Shown here: in pieces, positions 50,226-60,001 of the stretch
Layout of the letters: each line of letters begins with the position of its first letter
Numbering within the stretch: the first letter of the stretch is position 1
Assembly (NCBI GenBank): GCA_052168235.1
Contig: JBQLZK010000006.1
Span: 104,837 to 168,836, forward strand
Direction: 5' to 3'
Source of the DNA: Thainema sp.
GTDB taxonomy: Bacteria; Cyanobacteriota; Cyanobacteriia; Phormidesmidales; Phormidesmidaceae
DNA: 64,000 nucleotides
Program-made: the position numbers and the translations under genes
Notes under the pieces: model-generated
Told to the model about the DNA's origin: nothing
Database searches by the model: none
Seen by the model: only the letters and a program-made list of their open reading frames with translations

Positions 50226-51116
50226 GTGAGATCGTTGATTCATCAACTACTGCGACGGCTGGCTCTGCCGCCAACCGGACTCGTTTTACTGTCGATTGCC
50301 TCTACTCAGATTGGATCTGCGATCGCAAAATCGCTGCTCGACCAGATTACACCTGCGGGCATGGTGCTGCTGCGGGTGGGCTTTGCGGCGGGGCTGCTGT
50401 TGCTTTTGTGGCGGCCATCTGTGCGGCAGACATTACGCGCTAGAGGTTGGCTGGTCTTGTTCTTTGGTGCATCCCTGGCGCTGATGAACCTGAGCTTTTA
50501 TGAAGCGATTGCCCGGATTCCGATCGGCATTGGCGTAGCGCTGGAGTTTATCGGGCCGTTAGGAGTTGCCGTTTGCAATTCTCGTAAACCGCTCGATGTG
50601 CTGTGGGTGGTGCTGGCAGGTTTAGGCATTCTACTCGTCACGCCGATTGGCGGTTTCAATCTGGATCTGGTCGGCATTGGCTTTGCTTTACTCGCCGGAG
50701 CCTTTTGGGCCGCCTATATTATCCTCTCGGCTCGTACGGGGAAAGCTTTACCCGGTGGTGGCGGACTTGCGATCGCAATGACCCTCGGCACGCTGATCTT
50801 GCTGCCGATTGGCGGCAGCGCAGTCTATCAAACTCTCGATCAACCATACCTGCTACTGCTGGGCTTCGGCGTCGCTATGCTTTCCTCGGCGATTCCCTAC
50901 TCCCTGGAACTGGAAGCGCTGCGAACTCTGCCCGTGCGCGTGTTCGGCATTCTGCTCAGCCTAGAACCGATGATGGCTGCGATCGCAGGCTTTGTCATCC
51001 TGGGCGAAACGCTCAACTTCCGCTCCGGCATCGCAATTGTGCTGGTCACAGTAGCCGCCGCTGGCTCTTCACGCTTTAGCGATCGCAAATTGCCACATCA
51101 AGAGCGTGAAGCGTGA
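50226..51116 (+). CDS. EamA family transporter (RhtA-like)
   Basis: MNLSFYEAIARIPIG..VALEFIGPL, IPYSLEL.ALR. Confidence 0.9.
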   Translation: MRSLIHQLLRRLALPPTGLVLLSIASTQIGSAIAKSLLDQITPAGMVLLRVGFAAGLLLLLWRPSVRQTLRARGWLVLFFGASLALMNLSFYEAIARIPIGIGVALEFIGPLGVAVCNSRKPLDVLWVVLAGLGILLVTPIGGFNLDLVGIGFALLAGAFWAAYIILSARTGKALPGGGGLAIAMTLGTLILLPIGGSAVYQTLDQPYLLLLGFGVAMLSSAIPYSLELEALRTLPVRVFGILLSLEPMMAAIAGFVILGETLNFRSGIAIVLVTVAAAGSSRFSDRKLPHQEREA

Positions 51117-51122
51117 GTCGCA

Positions 51123-51230
51123 AAGGCTGTAAAGACCCAACACCTAAAACCTAAAACCTAAAACCCAACACCTAATACCCAGAACCCAATACCTCATACT
51201 CAGTTCCCAGATCTCAGTCCCCAACACCTA
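51123..51230 (+). repeat. AAGGCTGTAAAG-headed heptamer repeat tract
   Basis: aaggctgtaaagacccaacacctaaaacctaaaacctaaaacccaacacctaatacccagaaccc. Confidence 0.8.
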
Positions 51231-51428
51231 TCCCCCACCATTTCGCATCTCTTCTCGTCCAACGTAATCCAGCAAATAACCCTCCCAAATTGCTATGCTT
51301 AATAAGCTTCTATTAAAGATATTGATTAGCTTTCGTTAAAAATTATTTTTGCCTTATTTGCTTCAAATATCTGTAGCTGCGATCGCACCGCTTCAACCTT
51401 GAAACTTGGGTCTTAATAGGTCTAAAAC

Positions 51429-54400
51429 ATGACAATTCATCGACGGACTCTCCTCGTCATCGCTGACTCAGATGAAGGTGATCGGGCCTATCGGCAGCAG
51501 TTACAGCAGGATGAGAGCGTTGCGTACCGAATTTTATCCGCACGAGTAATTAATTCAGCCTTATCGCTATCCTCGTCGCAACACGTTGATGGCATCCTAC
51601 TGGGATTTCATCAACCCTGTGCCGATAGCGTTCGGCTGCTGCGCCAACTGAAGGAACAGATGGGCGATCGCTGTCCACCCATCGTCGTGATTGACGGTGA
51701 CGATGCGGCCAGAGCGGTGCAGGTACTTAAGAATGGGGCTGCGGACTATCTGGTAAACAACCGCATGACGCCGGAGGATTTGCGTCTGGCCATGCGCAGT
51801 GCCATTGAGAATGCCAAGCTGCGGCAGCAACTCCAGCACAGCCAGGAGCAGTTTCAAACGTCGGTTGAGAATATGCTGGACTGCTTTGGCATCTTTTCAG
51901 CTATTCGGGATGACGCGGGACAGATTGTCGATTTTCGGATTGATTACCTCAACGAGGCCGCCTGTGAAAACAACCGGATGACCCGAGACATGCAGGTTGG
52001 TCGAAGATTATGTGAGGTAATGCCTGTCCATTGTCGCATGGGGCTGTTTGATGACTATTGCCAAGTGGTTGAAACGGCAAAACCGTTAATTAAAGATTCA
52101 TTAATCTACGAAGAGACCTGTGATGAACAGCAGCTTCTGCGAGCCTTTGATATTCGAGTCAGCAAGCTGAACGATGGCTTTGTCGCGTCGTGGCGAGATA
52201 TGACGGAGCGCAAGCAGTTGGAGATGGAATTGAGCAACACCATCGCCAATTTGCAGAGTCAAGAAGCCGCCATTCAGCAGTTGAACCGAGATTTAATCAA
52301 TCGTGTAGCTGAGCTGCAAAGCCTGTTAGATATTCTTCCCGTCGGCATTGCGATCTCAAATGATCCAACCTGTGCTCGCATGCATCACAATGCTTATCTG
52401 CGGCAACTGCTGGGCGTTCCGCCTGGCAACAATATTTCCAAGAGTGCTCCCGCTGATGAGCAGCCTGCTTTCCGGGTGCTCCAGAATGGGCAGGAAATGC
52501 CAGTCGATACGCTGCCCATGCAGCGGGCTGTCAAGCAGGGCATGGATGTGCGCGATGAGGAGTTTGATATTGTTTTGCCGGACGGGACGGTCCATCAGTT
52601 GTTGTCCTATGCGACGCCGCTGCGAGATGACCAGGATCAGATTCGAGGCGTGGTCGGAGCCTTTTTGGATATCACCCAGCGCAACCAGGATGCAGCCGCG
52701 CTGAAGGAGAGTCAACAGCGCTACCGCGAGCTGGCCGAAGCGATGCCCCAGATGATTTGGACAGCGGACGCCATGGGAGTGATCAACTACCGCAATCAGC
52801 GCTGGTATGAATACACAGGGTTTAGTGAAGCCGAGTCGATTGGCGTCGCCAGAGCCAATGCGGTTCATCCTGAGGATCGCGATCGCGCGTTGACTGAATG
52901 GAGGATTGCGATCGCAACGGGCGAAACCTTTGAAACAGAGTGTCGCTTTCGCCGCTGGGACGGGGAGTATCAGTGGTTTATCTGTCGCGCTGTGCCGACG
53001 CGCGATGGTCATAACCAGATCACAGGTTGGATCGGCACGATTACCAATATTGACGACATCAAGCGCAGCAAAGCGCTGGTACAGCGGCAGTTAGCCGAGA
53101 TTGAAGCCATTTATGAGACGGCTCCCATTGGTCTGAACATCTTGGATACCGATCTGCGTTTCGTGCGGATCAATCAGCGACTCGCCGATATTAACGGCTT
53201 GCCGATTGAGGCGCATCTTGGGCGGAGCGTTTGGGAACTGTTTCCCGATTTGGCGAATACGCTTGAAAATCTGCTGCAACCTGTTCTGGCAACGGGGAAA
53301 CCGTTGCTGAACGTTGAAATCCACGGTGAACTCCCAGCCCAGCCGGGCGTACAGCGCACCTGGCTCGAACACTTCTTCCCCTTAAAATCGGGCAATCAGG
53401 TGATTGGCATCAGCACTGTTTGTGAAGAAATCACCGAACGCATTCAGGTCGAAGCAGCGCTCCGCCAGAGTGAACAGCGCTTTCGCAACATGGCAGACAA
53501 TGCGCCCGCGATGATTTGGGTGACGGACGATACGGGCTACTGCACCTATCTCAACCAGGGCTGGTACGACTTCACGGGACAGACGGAAGAGACGGGGCTA
53601 GGATTTGGCTGGCTGAGGGTCGTGCATCCAGAAGACAGCGAACGCTCCAAGGATGTGTTTTTACAGGCTAACAAGCAGCACCAGGCGTTTCGGTTAGAGT
53701 ATCGCTTACGCCGTAGGGATGGAACATACTGCTGGGCAATTGATGCAGCTAACCCTTGCTTTAGTGAGGATGGCGAGTTTAAGGGGTACATCGGCTCGGT
53801 AATTGACATTAGCGATCGCAAACAAGCCGAGGAAGCCTTGCGGATTTCCGAAGAGCGCTATCGCACCCTGTTTGAGAACATGAATGAAGGCTTTTGCCTG
53901 GCTGAAGTGCTGTTTGACGCAGACAATCAACCAATTGATTACCGCCTGTTGGAAACCAACTCCGTATTTGAAAAGCACTCTGGTTTGAAAGATGCCCAGG
54001 GCAAAACCGCCCGCGAGTTGCACCCCGAACTGGAACAGGATTGGATTGACCTCTATGGCAACGTTGTCCTGACCGGTGAACCTGCCCGGTATGAAAACTA
54101 CTCTGAAGCGTTAGGTCGATGGTTTGATGTGTCTGCCTTCCGCATTGGACAACCCGAAAGCCGAAAAGTTGCCATTTTATTTGAGGATATTAGTCAGCGG
54201 AAACAAACCGAAGTCGCCTTACAAGTCAGTGAAGAGCGCTATCGATCGCTGGTCGAAGCCACCGCTCACATCATCTGGAATGAGCTAGGTGATCGCGGCG
54301 AGTTTATGAGCCCGCAACCCGCTTGGAGTGCCTTCACCGGGCAAACGTTTGATGAATTAAAAGGCTGGGGCTGGCTCAATGCGGTGCATCCCGACGATCG

Positions 54401-56270
54401 CGCCCCAACCACTCAAGCCTGGTTAATTGCCTTAGAAAATCGTGCCCTGTATGAATTTGAGCATCGCGTGCGGCGGCACGATGGGGTGTATCGCCACATG
54501 GCGGTGCGAGCCGTGCCCGTGTTTGAGGACAATGGCGCGATTCGAGAATGGGTTGGTGTTCATAGCGATGTGACCGATCGCAAACAAGCCGAAACCGCTT
54601 TGCGTCAGAGTGAAGACCGTCTCCGCATGGCGATCGAGTCTGCCCAGCTCGGCACCTGGGACTGGAATCTGGTTACCGACAAACTCACCTGGGATGCGGG
54701 GTGCAACGCGATGTTCGGGTTGCCAACCGAGGCAGAGATTAGCATTGAGGTCTTTTTTGAGGGACTGCATCCCGACGATCGTGAACGCTTAAAACAGGTG
54801 ATGCAGTGGTCTTTCAACCCAGCCAGCGGCGGCAGCTGCGACACAGAGTATCGAACGATCGGCATTCAGGATGGGATTGAACGCTGGATTGCCGCCAAAG
54901 GACAAGCCTATTTTGATGCGGAAGGGAAACCGCTGCGGTTCATTGGCACGGTAATGGATATCACCGACCAAAAATGCGCGGAGGCCAAGCGCGAGAAGCT
55001 GCTACAGCTTGAGCAAGCCGCCCGCACCGAAGCTGAACGAGCCAACCGCATCAAAGATGAATTTCTGGCCGTGCTGTCTCACGAGTTGCGATCGCCCCTG
55101 AACCCGATCCTGGGTTGGGCCAGACTGCTGCAAATGCGTCGGTTTGATGAAGCCAAAACGGCTGAAGCCTTGGCCACAATTGAGCGCAATGCCAAGCTGC
55201 AAACCCAACTGATTGACGACCTGCTGGACATTGCCAAAATCCTGCGCGGCAAACTCAGTCTGAATATTGCCCCCATCAATCTCTCTTCAACGGTCAAAGC
55301 GGCGATTGAAACCGTGAAGTCATCCGCCGCAACCAAATCCGTCTCACTGCATTCTGTCCTACCCAACATCGGCCAAGTCTCCGGCGATGCCGCCCGCATT
55401 CAACAGATTGTTTGGAATCTACTGTCCAATGCTGTTAAGTTTACGCCCAGTGGGGGATGGGTAGAGGTGAGGCTGGAGCGGGTGAGCGGGTTGGGGAGTG
55501 GGAGAGTGGGAGAATTTTCATCTACCCACCCACCCATCCACCCATCTACCCACCAACCCTCCTACCCTCCTACCCATCCACCCGCCTACGCTCGCATCAC
55601 CGTCACTGACACAGGCAAAGGCATCAACCCTGAGTTTCTACCCCATATCTTTGAATCGTTCCGCCAGGAAGACGCTTCCATCACCCGCCAGTATGGCGGT
55701 TTGGGTTTGGGCTTGGCCATTGTGCGAGAACTGGTTGAGGTGCATGGTGGCACCATCCACGCCGAGAGTCCTGGTGAAGGATTGGGCGCGACGTTCACTG
55801 TTCAGCTGCCCCTGCTGAATCTTGAACCCGCAAGTGAACCGCCCATTGAGTTGCCGCAAACGAACCTTGACCTGACGGGGCTGCGGGTGCTGGCCGTTGA
55901 TGATGATGCCGATGCCCGAGAGCTACTGGCGGCATCGCTTACTCAGTATGGCGCAGAGGTGCGAGCAGTGGTCTCGGCCTCAGAGGTGCTAGCCAATTTG
56001 GCCTCTTTTCAACCGGATGTGCTGGTCAGCGATATCGGCATGCCCGATGTGGATGGCTATCAGCTAATTCAGCAGGTGCGTGCTTTGCCTCCGGCACAAG
56101 GTGGTCAGACGCCAGCCATTGCCCTGACGGCCTATGCCAGAAACAGCGATCGCAAACATGCGATCGCAAGTGGATATCAACGACACCTCACCAAACCCCT
56201 TGATCCAGAACGCTTAGTCCAAGCTGTCGCCGCCCTCACACGCCACAAACTCAACCAGTTTGTACCATAA
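51429..56270 (+). CDS. Multi-PAS hybrid sensor histidine kinase (pseudo-REC, PAS array, HisKA, HATPase, REC)
   Basis: Repeated HP(E/D)D and DIT/DIS PAS-PAC motifs, LSHELRSPL, NAVKFT, GGLGLGL, C-terminal SDIGMP. Confidence 0.93.
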   Translation: MTIHRRTLLVIADSDEGDRAYRQQLQQDESVAYRILSARVINSALSLSSSQHVDGILLGFHQPCADSVRLLRQLKEQMGDRCPPIVVIDGDDAARAVQVLKNGAADYLVNNRMTPEDLRLAMRSAIENAKLRQQLQHSQEQFQTSVENMLDCFGIFSAIRDDAGQIVDFRIDYLNEAACENNRMTRDMQVGRRLCEVMPVHCRMGLFDDYCQVVETAKPLIKDSLIYEETCDEQQLLRAFDIRVSKLNDGFVASWRDMTERKQLEMELSNTIANLQSQEAAIQQLNRDLINRVAELQSLLDILPVGIAISNDPTCARMHHNAYLRQLLGVPPGNNISKSAPADEQPAFRVLQNGQEMPVDTLPMQRAVKQGMDVRDEEFDIVLPDGTVHQLLSYATPLRDDQDQIRGVVGAFLDITQRNQDAAALKESQQRYRELAEAMPQMIWTADAMGVINYRNQRWYEYTGFSEAESIGVARANAVHPEDRDRALTEWRIAIATGETFETECRFRRWDGEYQWFICRAVPTRDGHNQITGWIGTITNIDDIKRSKALVQRQLAEIEAIYETAPIGLNILDTDLRFVRINQRLADINGLPIEAHLGRSVWELFPDLANTLENLLQPVLATGKPLLNVEIHGELPAQPGVQRTWLEHFFPLKSGNQVIGISTVCEEITERIQVEAALRQSEQRFRNMADNAPAMIWVTDDTGYCTYLNQGWYDFTGQTEETGLGFGWLRVVHPEDSERSKDVFLQANKQHQAFRLEYRLRRRDGTYCWAIDAANPCFSEDGEFKGYIGSVIDISDRKQAEEALRISEERYRTLFENMNEGFCLAEVLFDADNQPIDYRLLETNSVFEKHSGLKDAQGKTARELHPELEQDWIDLYGNVVLTGEPARYENYSEALGRWFDVSAFRIGQPESRKVAILFEDISQRKQTEVALQVSEERYRSLVEATAHIIWNELGDRGEFMSPQPAWSAFTGQTFDELKGWGWLNAVHPDDRAPTTQAWLIALENRALYEFEHRVRRHDGVYRHMAVRAVPVFEDNGAIREWVGVHSDVTDRKQAETALRQSEDRLRMAIESAQLGTWDWNLVTDKLTWDAGCNAMFGLPTEAEISIEVFFEGLHPDDRERLKQVMQWSFNPASGGSCDTEYRTIGIQDGIERWIAAKGQAYFDAEGKPLRFIGTVMDITDQKCAEAKREKLLQLEQAARTEAERANRIKDEFLAVLSHELRSPLNPILGWARLLQMRRFDEAKTAEALATIERNAKLQTQLIDDLLDIAKILRGKLSLNIAPINLSSTVKAAIETVKSSAATKSVSLHSVLPNIGQVSGDAARIQQIVWNLLSNAVKFTPSGGWVEVRLERVSGLGSGRVGEFSSTHPPIHPSTHQPSYPPTHPPAYARITVTDTGKGINPEFLPHIFESFRQEDASITRQYGGLGLGLAIVRELVEVHGGTIHAESPGEGLGATFTVQLPLLNLEPASEPPIELPQTNLDLTGLRVLAVDDDADARELLAASLTQYGAEVRAVVSASEVLANLASFQPDVLVSDIGMPDVDGYQLIQQVRALPPAQGGQTPAIALTAYARNSDRKHAIASGYQRHLTKPLDPERLVQAVAALTRHKLNQFVP

Positions 56271-56271
56271 A

Positions 56272-56360
56272 CTCCCCTGCCCCGTCGCCCTTACCCCATC
56301 TACCCTCCTACTCATCCACCCATCCACCCTCCTACCCATCTACTCCATCCCCCTCACCCT
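56272..56360 (-). repeat. C-rich octamer tract (G-rich on the minus strand)
   Basis: atctaccctcctactcatccacccatccaccctcctacccatctactc. Confidence 0.75.
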
Positions 56361-56395
56361 AAAATTGAATTCCCCCGCCTTCCATGCTGCAATAA

Positions 56396-56492
56396 TATGA
56401 AGTTCGGTTGAAAACCCATGATTTATTTTTTGAGAAACGCTTGCGGAGCAAGCGTTTCTCAAAAAATAAATCGGGTTCTTGACAGGTTGCTA
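56396..56492. repeat. Long palindromic element (25-bp perfect arms 56420-56444/56448-56472, GGA loop)
   Basis: GATTTATTTTTTGAGAAACGCTTGC-gga-GCAAGCGTTTCTCAAAAAATAAATC. Confidence 0.9.
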
Positions 56493-56512
56493 GCAAAGAC
56501 GGAAGGAGCATC

Positions 56513-57511
56513 ATGAAAGCGGCTTTGATGACCAGTGCGGGTGCGCCAAATGTGCTGCAAATGGGCGATGTGCCGACTCCAGAGATTCGGTCAGACCGAG
56601 AACTGCTGGTCAAGCTGAAAGCGGCAGGGGTGAACCCGATTGACACCAAACTGCGGCAGCGCGGCACATTCTATCCCGATCAGATGCCTACGGTGCTGGG
56701 CTGTGACGGGGCCGGAATTGTGGAAGCGGTTGGAGCTGGTGTGCAGCAGTTTCAGGTGGGCGATCAGGTTTACTTCTGCAACGGGGGATTAGGGGCACAG
56801 CCCGGTAACTACGCGGAATATGCCGTCGTGGATGAGCGCTTTGTGGCTGGCAAGCCGAAGTCGGTGGATTTTGCCACAGCGGCAGCGGCTCCGCTGGTGC
56901 TGATTACGGCCTACGAAGCGCTGTTTGATCGGGCAGAGTTGCAGGCGGGGCAAACTGTGCTGATCCATGCCGGAGCTGGTGGTGTGGGCCATGTGGCGAT
57001 TCAACTGGCCAAAATCAAGGGCGCGAGCGTCTGTACAACCGTCGGTTCTGACGAAAAAGCGGATTTTGTACGGCAGTTGGGTGCTGATCAGGTGATTTTC
57101 TATAAACAAACCGACTTTGTGCAGGCCGTGCGGGACTGGACAAACGGCGAGGGTGTGGATGTCGGGTTTGATACAGTCGGCGGTGAGAACTTCTCGCGCA
57201 CGTTTTCGGCGATTAAGCCCTATGGCAAAGCCGTATCGCTGCTGGCTCCTGCCGATGAGATGGATTGGAAGACGGCCCGGACGCAGAATCTGCGCATCAA
57301 CTTTGAGCTGATGCTGACGCCGATGATGCAGGGGTTGGTGGCAGCACAGCAGCACCAAGCCAATATTCTCAAGCAGTGTGCGGACTGGATTGATGCAGGG
57401 CGGCTGACGATTCATGTGGAACACCAGCTATCGCTGCGACAGGCTGCCGAGGCGCATCGGCTGCTGGAGTCTGGTTCAATGGTGGGGAAAATTGTGTTGC
57501 TGATTGATTAA
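56513..57511 (+). CDS. MDR family NADPH:quinone oxidoreductase-like protein
   Basis: AAGVNPID, LGCDGAG, HAGAGGVG, GKIVL; AAGGAG RBS. Confidence 0.9.
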   Translation: MKAALMTSAGAPNVLQMGDVPTPEIRSDRELLVKLKAAGVNPIDTKLRQRGTFYPDQMPTVLGCDGAGIVEAVGAGVQQFQVGDQVYFCNGGLGAQPGNYAEYAVVDERFVAGKPKSVDFATAAAAPLVLITAYEALFDRAELQAGQTVLIHAGAGGVGHVAIQLAKIKGASVCTTVGSDEKADFVRQLGADQVIFYKQTDFVQAVRDWTNGEGVDVGFDTVGGENFSRTFSAIKPYGKAVSLLAPADEMDWKTARTQNLRINFELMLTPMMQGLVAAQQHQANILKQCADWIDAGRLTIHVEHQLSLRQAAEAHRLLESGSMVGKIVLLID

Positions 57512-57514
57512 TTG

Positions 57515-57630
57515 AGAGAGGGTTGGAGGGTGGATGGGTAGATGGGTCATAGGGTGGATGGGTTAGTGGGTAGGAGAATGAGTGGGTGAGAGTCTGAATG
57601 GGTGGGAGAGTGAGTCGGTGGATGAGTAGT
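57515..57630 (+). repeat. G-rich octamer tract
   Basis: gggttggagggtggatgggtagatgggtcatagggtggatgggttagtggg. Confidence 0.78.
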
Positions 57631-59865
57631 GTTGCGTTGAAATTGGGGTTTGATGATAGGCAAGGTGATTGGCTGCTGCTGTTGCTGCCAAGGCTGAATT
57701 TGCGACGTTGGCTGGTTGTTGGGCTAAGCCTGGTATTTTGGGTCAGCGCGATCGCACTTTTTCCTCTACCTGCTCAAGCCGCTTCCAATCCATCATCTGC
57801 ATCATCGGAACTGACACCGTTGACGCTGGAACTGCTGAAAGAGCGAATTCAGAATCCCAGTCAGTCCGATGGCACGCGCACCATCGATCTCCGTCGCACG
57901 CTGATTGATCTGCGCCCCGGTCAGAGCGATATTGCCAACTCGTTTTACAAGCTGCTGCAGGGTCAACTCCAGGGCCAGGGTTTCGCCTACGGTCTGGACT
58001 TGAGCTACGCCAAAATCAAGGGCACGCTGGATCTGCGCGAACTGGGCCTGCGGGCACCGCTTTACGGCAAAGCATTAGATCCCATCTTTTCAGATCAGGA
58101 AAAAGAGCAGCTGAATCGCGATCGCAAACGGCTAAATCAAATCAGCCAACTTTCGCGATCGCTGCTGATTCAAAGCCAGCCGATTACGTCCCAGATCACT
58201 GTTTTTCGAGGGCCGCTGAAGCTATTGCAGACTCAGTTTCAGGGCGGCCTGCAAGCATCTGACATGTTTTTCCTCAATCGGATTGAAGCTCAGGGTGCCG
58301 TTTTCTGCGGGGACACCACCTGGAATGAAGCTCGCTTCAGCGGCGCGGTCAATTTTACGGGCACGGTGTTCTGTCAGACGACGCGGTTTCGCAATGCCAT
58401 TTTCTTCAATGCCGCGCGCTTTAGCCAAACTCAATTTCAAGGCTACGTCACGTTTCAGGGCAGCGAGTTTGAAAAAACGGCCAACTTTAATCGCGCAGAC
58501 TTTAGCGAAACTACCGACTTCAGCAGAGTGAGCTGGAGCGAAAACGCCGACTTTGCCAAAACCACCTGGCATGAACTGGCGAACTTAAATCGCAACCAGT
58601 TTTCGCAGTCCCTCTTTTTGACCGAGGCTCGCTTCGATGCGCCGCTGAGCCTACGGGAAAGCCGATTTGAGCAACCCGCGAATTTACGCAGCGTCCAGAT
58701 CTTTAAGCAAGCAGATTTTGGCGATACCTCCTTTGCCCAAGGTGCCTATCTGAATATTGCCAATCTCAAATTTAATCCCGAAGAAACCGAAATTCTCGGC
58801 AATCCCGGTAAAGTCAGCCGCCGCTTGTCGGTGCCAACACTCCAGGGCAATGAAACGCTGCTGCGCAATTTAGTCCGCAATTTTCGCAACCTGGAGCAAA
58901 TTGCCGACGCCAACCAAATTGAATACATGACCGAAACCCTGCGGCGACAGTCGCTGCAGCAGCGCTTGTTGGGCATCAACGTGAATCGCGCCTCGGTGGA
59001 GCGGCTCGTGCAAGCAGGTTTCTCTGATGAACAAGCTGCTGCCATTGCCCAACAGCGCGAAGAGCAGCAGTTTACCAGCACATCTGACTTGCTCAAGCTG
59101 GATGAAGTGGATTTGGCTACCTATGTCAAAATGCGCGATCGCATTGTGGCAGGTCGCCCATTAACGCCGATTAGCTGGATTACAACGGCACTGCACTGGG
59201 CCGAGTTAAGCCTGCTGATTCTGCTCAGCCGCTATGGCACTAGCTTTGGTTTGACGTTTGGGGTGGGCATGGTGTCGCTGGCCTGCTTTGGCCTATTGTT
59301 CTGGCTGGTCGATCGGGTGCGGGAACACCGATTCGCCGAGGGCATTACGCTGCCGGAAGCGACTTGGGTGTTGACCAGCTTTGGCGGATTGGTGATTGGC
59401 GGCATCAGCGCCATTGTTCGCAATTCAGACTATCCCTGGTTAGCTCTGCTGAGCCTGAGTCTACTGATTATCCCCATCCCGGCCAGCCTGATTATTGGCC
59501 GTTATCGACAGCCCTCGGAAGAACCCGATCGCAGCTACTTTGTGGAGGACAGCAGCCTGCGCCAGTTGCGGATTCTGATTGGTCGCCTGCCGATTATGCC
59601 GCGCTACACGCCGTTCTTTCGCGAACGCTATCAGCCGATTCTCTGGGAGCGACGCTGGGGCTGGCTAAACTACTTCGACCTGAGCTTGAATAACTTACTA
59701 AAGTTTGGCTTCAACGACATCCGCATGCGCGATGAACAGATGCCGGGACTGATTACGGCCCTGGTTTGGTATCAGTGGGCACTGGGACTGCTGTATTTTG
59801 CGCTGCTGCTGTGGACGCTATCGCGGACGATTCCGGGGTTGAATTTGTTGATTTATTTTAAGTAG
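57598..59865 (+). CDS. Pentapeptide-repeat membrane protein with HhH-like and pore-like motifs (true start probably downstream, near 57700)
   Basis: A.F...F repeats, INVNRAS HhH-like segment, several C-terminal TMs. Confidence 0.85.
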   Translation: MGGRVSRWMSSVALKLGFDDRQGDWLLLLLPRLNLRRWLVVGLSLVFWVSAIALFPLPAQAASNPSSASSELTPLTLELLKERIQNPSQSDGTRTIDLRRTLIDLRPGQSDIANSFYKLLQGQLQGQGFAYGLDLSYAKIKGTLDLRELGLRAPLYGKALDPIFSDQEKEQLNRDRKRLNQISQLSRSLLIQSQPITSQITVFRGPLKLLQTQFQGGLQASDMFFLNRIEAQGAVFCGDTTWNEARFSGAVNFTGTVFCQTTRFRNAIFFNAARFSQTQFQGYVTFQGSEFEKTANFNRADFSETTDFSRVSWSENADFAKTTWHELANLNRNQFSQSLFLTEARFDAPLSLRESRFEQPANLRSVQIFKQADFGDTSFAQGAYLNIANLKFNPEETEILGNPGKVSRRLSVPTLQGNETLLRNLVRNFRNLEQIADANQIEYMTETLRRQSLQQRLLGINVNRASVERLVQAGFSDEQAAAIAQQREEQQFTSTSDLLKLDEVDLATYVKMRDRIVAGRPLTPISWITTALHWAELSLLILLSRYGTSFGLTFGVGMVSLACFGLLFWLVDRVREHRFAEGITLPEATWVLTSFGGLVIGGISAIVRNSDYPWLALLSLSLLIIPIPASLIIGRYRQPSEEPDRSYFVEDSSLRQLRILIGRLPIMPRYTPFFRERYQPILWERRWGWLNYFDLSLNNLLKFGFNDIRMRDEQMPGLITALVWYQWALGLLYFALLLWTLSRTIPGLNLLIYFK

Positions 59866-60001
59866 AGGGAGGGGCAAGGCGTGAGTGCGCAGAATGTGGC
59901 CTGTAATTGGTTCATTACGGATGTTGAGCTGAGTGGTTAATCCTCTATATTTAGGTGCGATCTCACTTACCCTTTGGTGTGATGGCATACAGCAAGACGC
60001 A

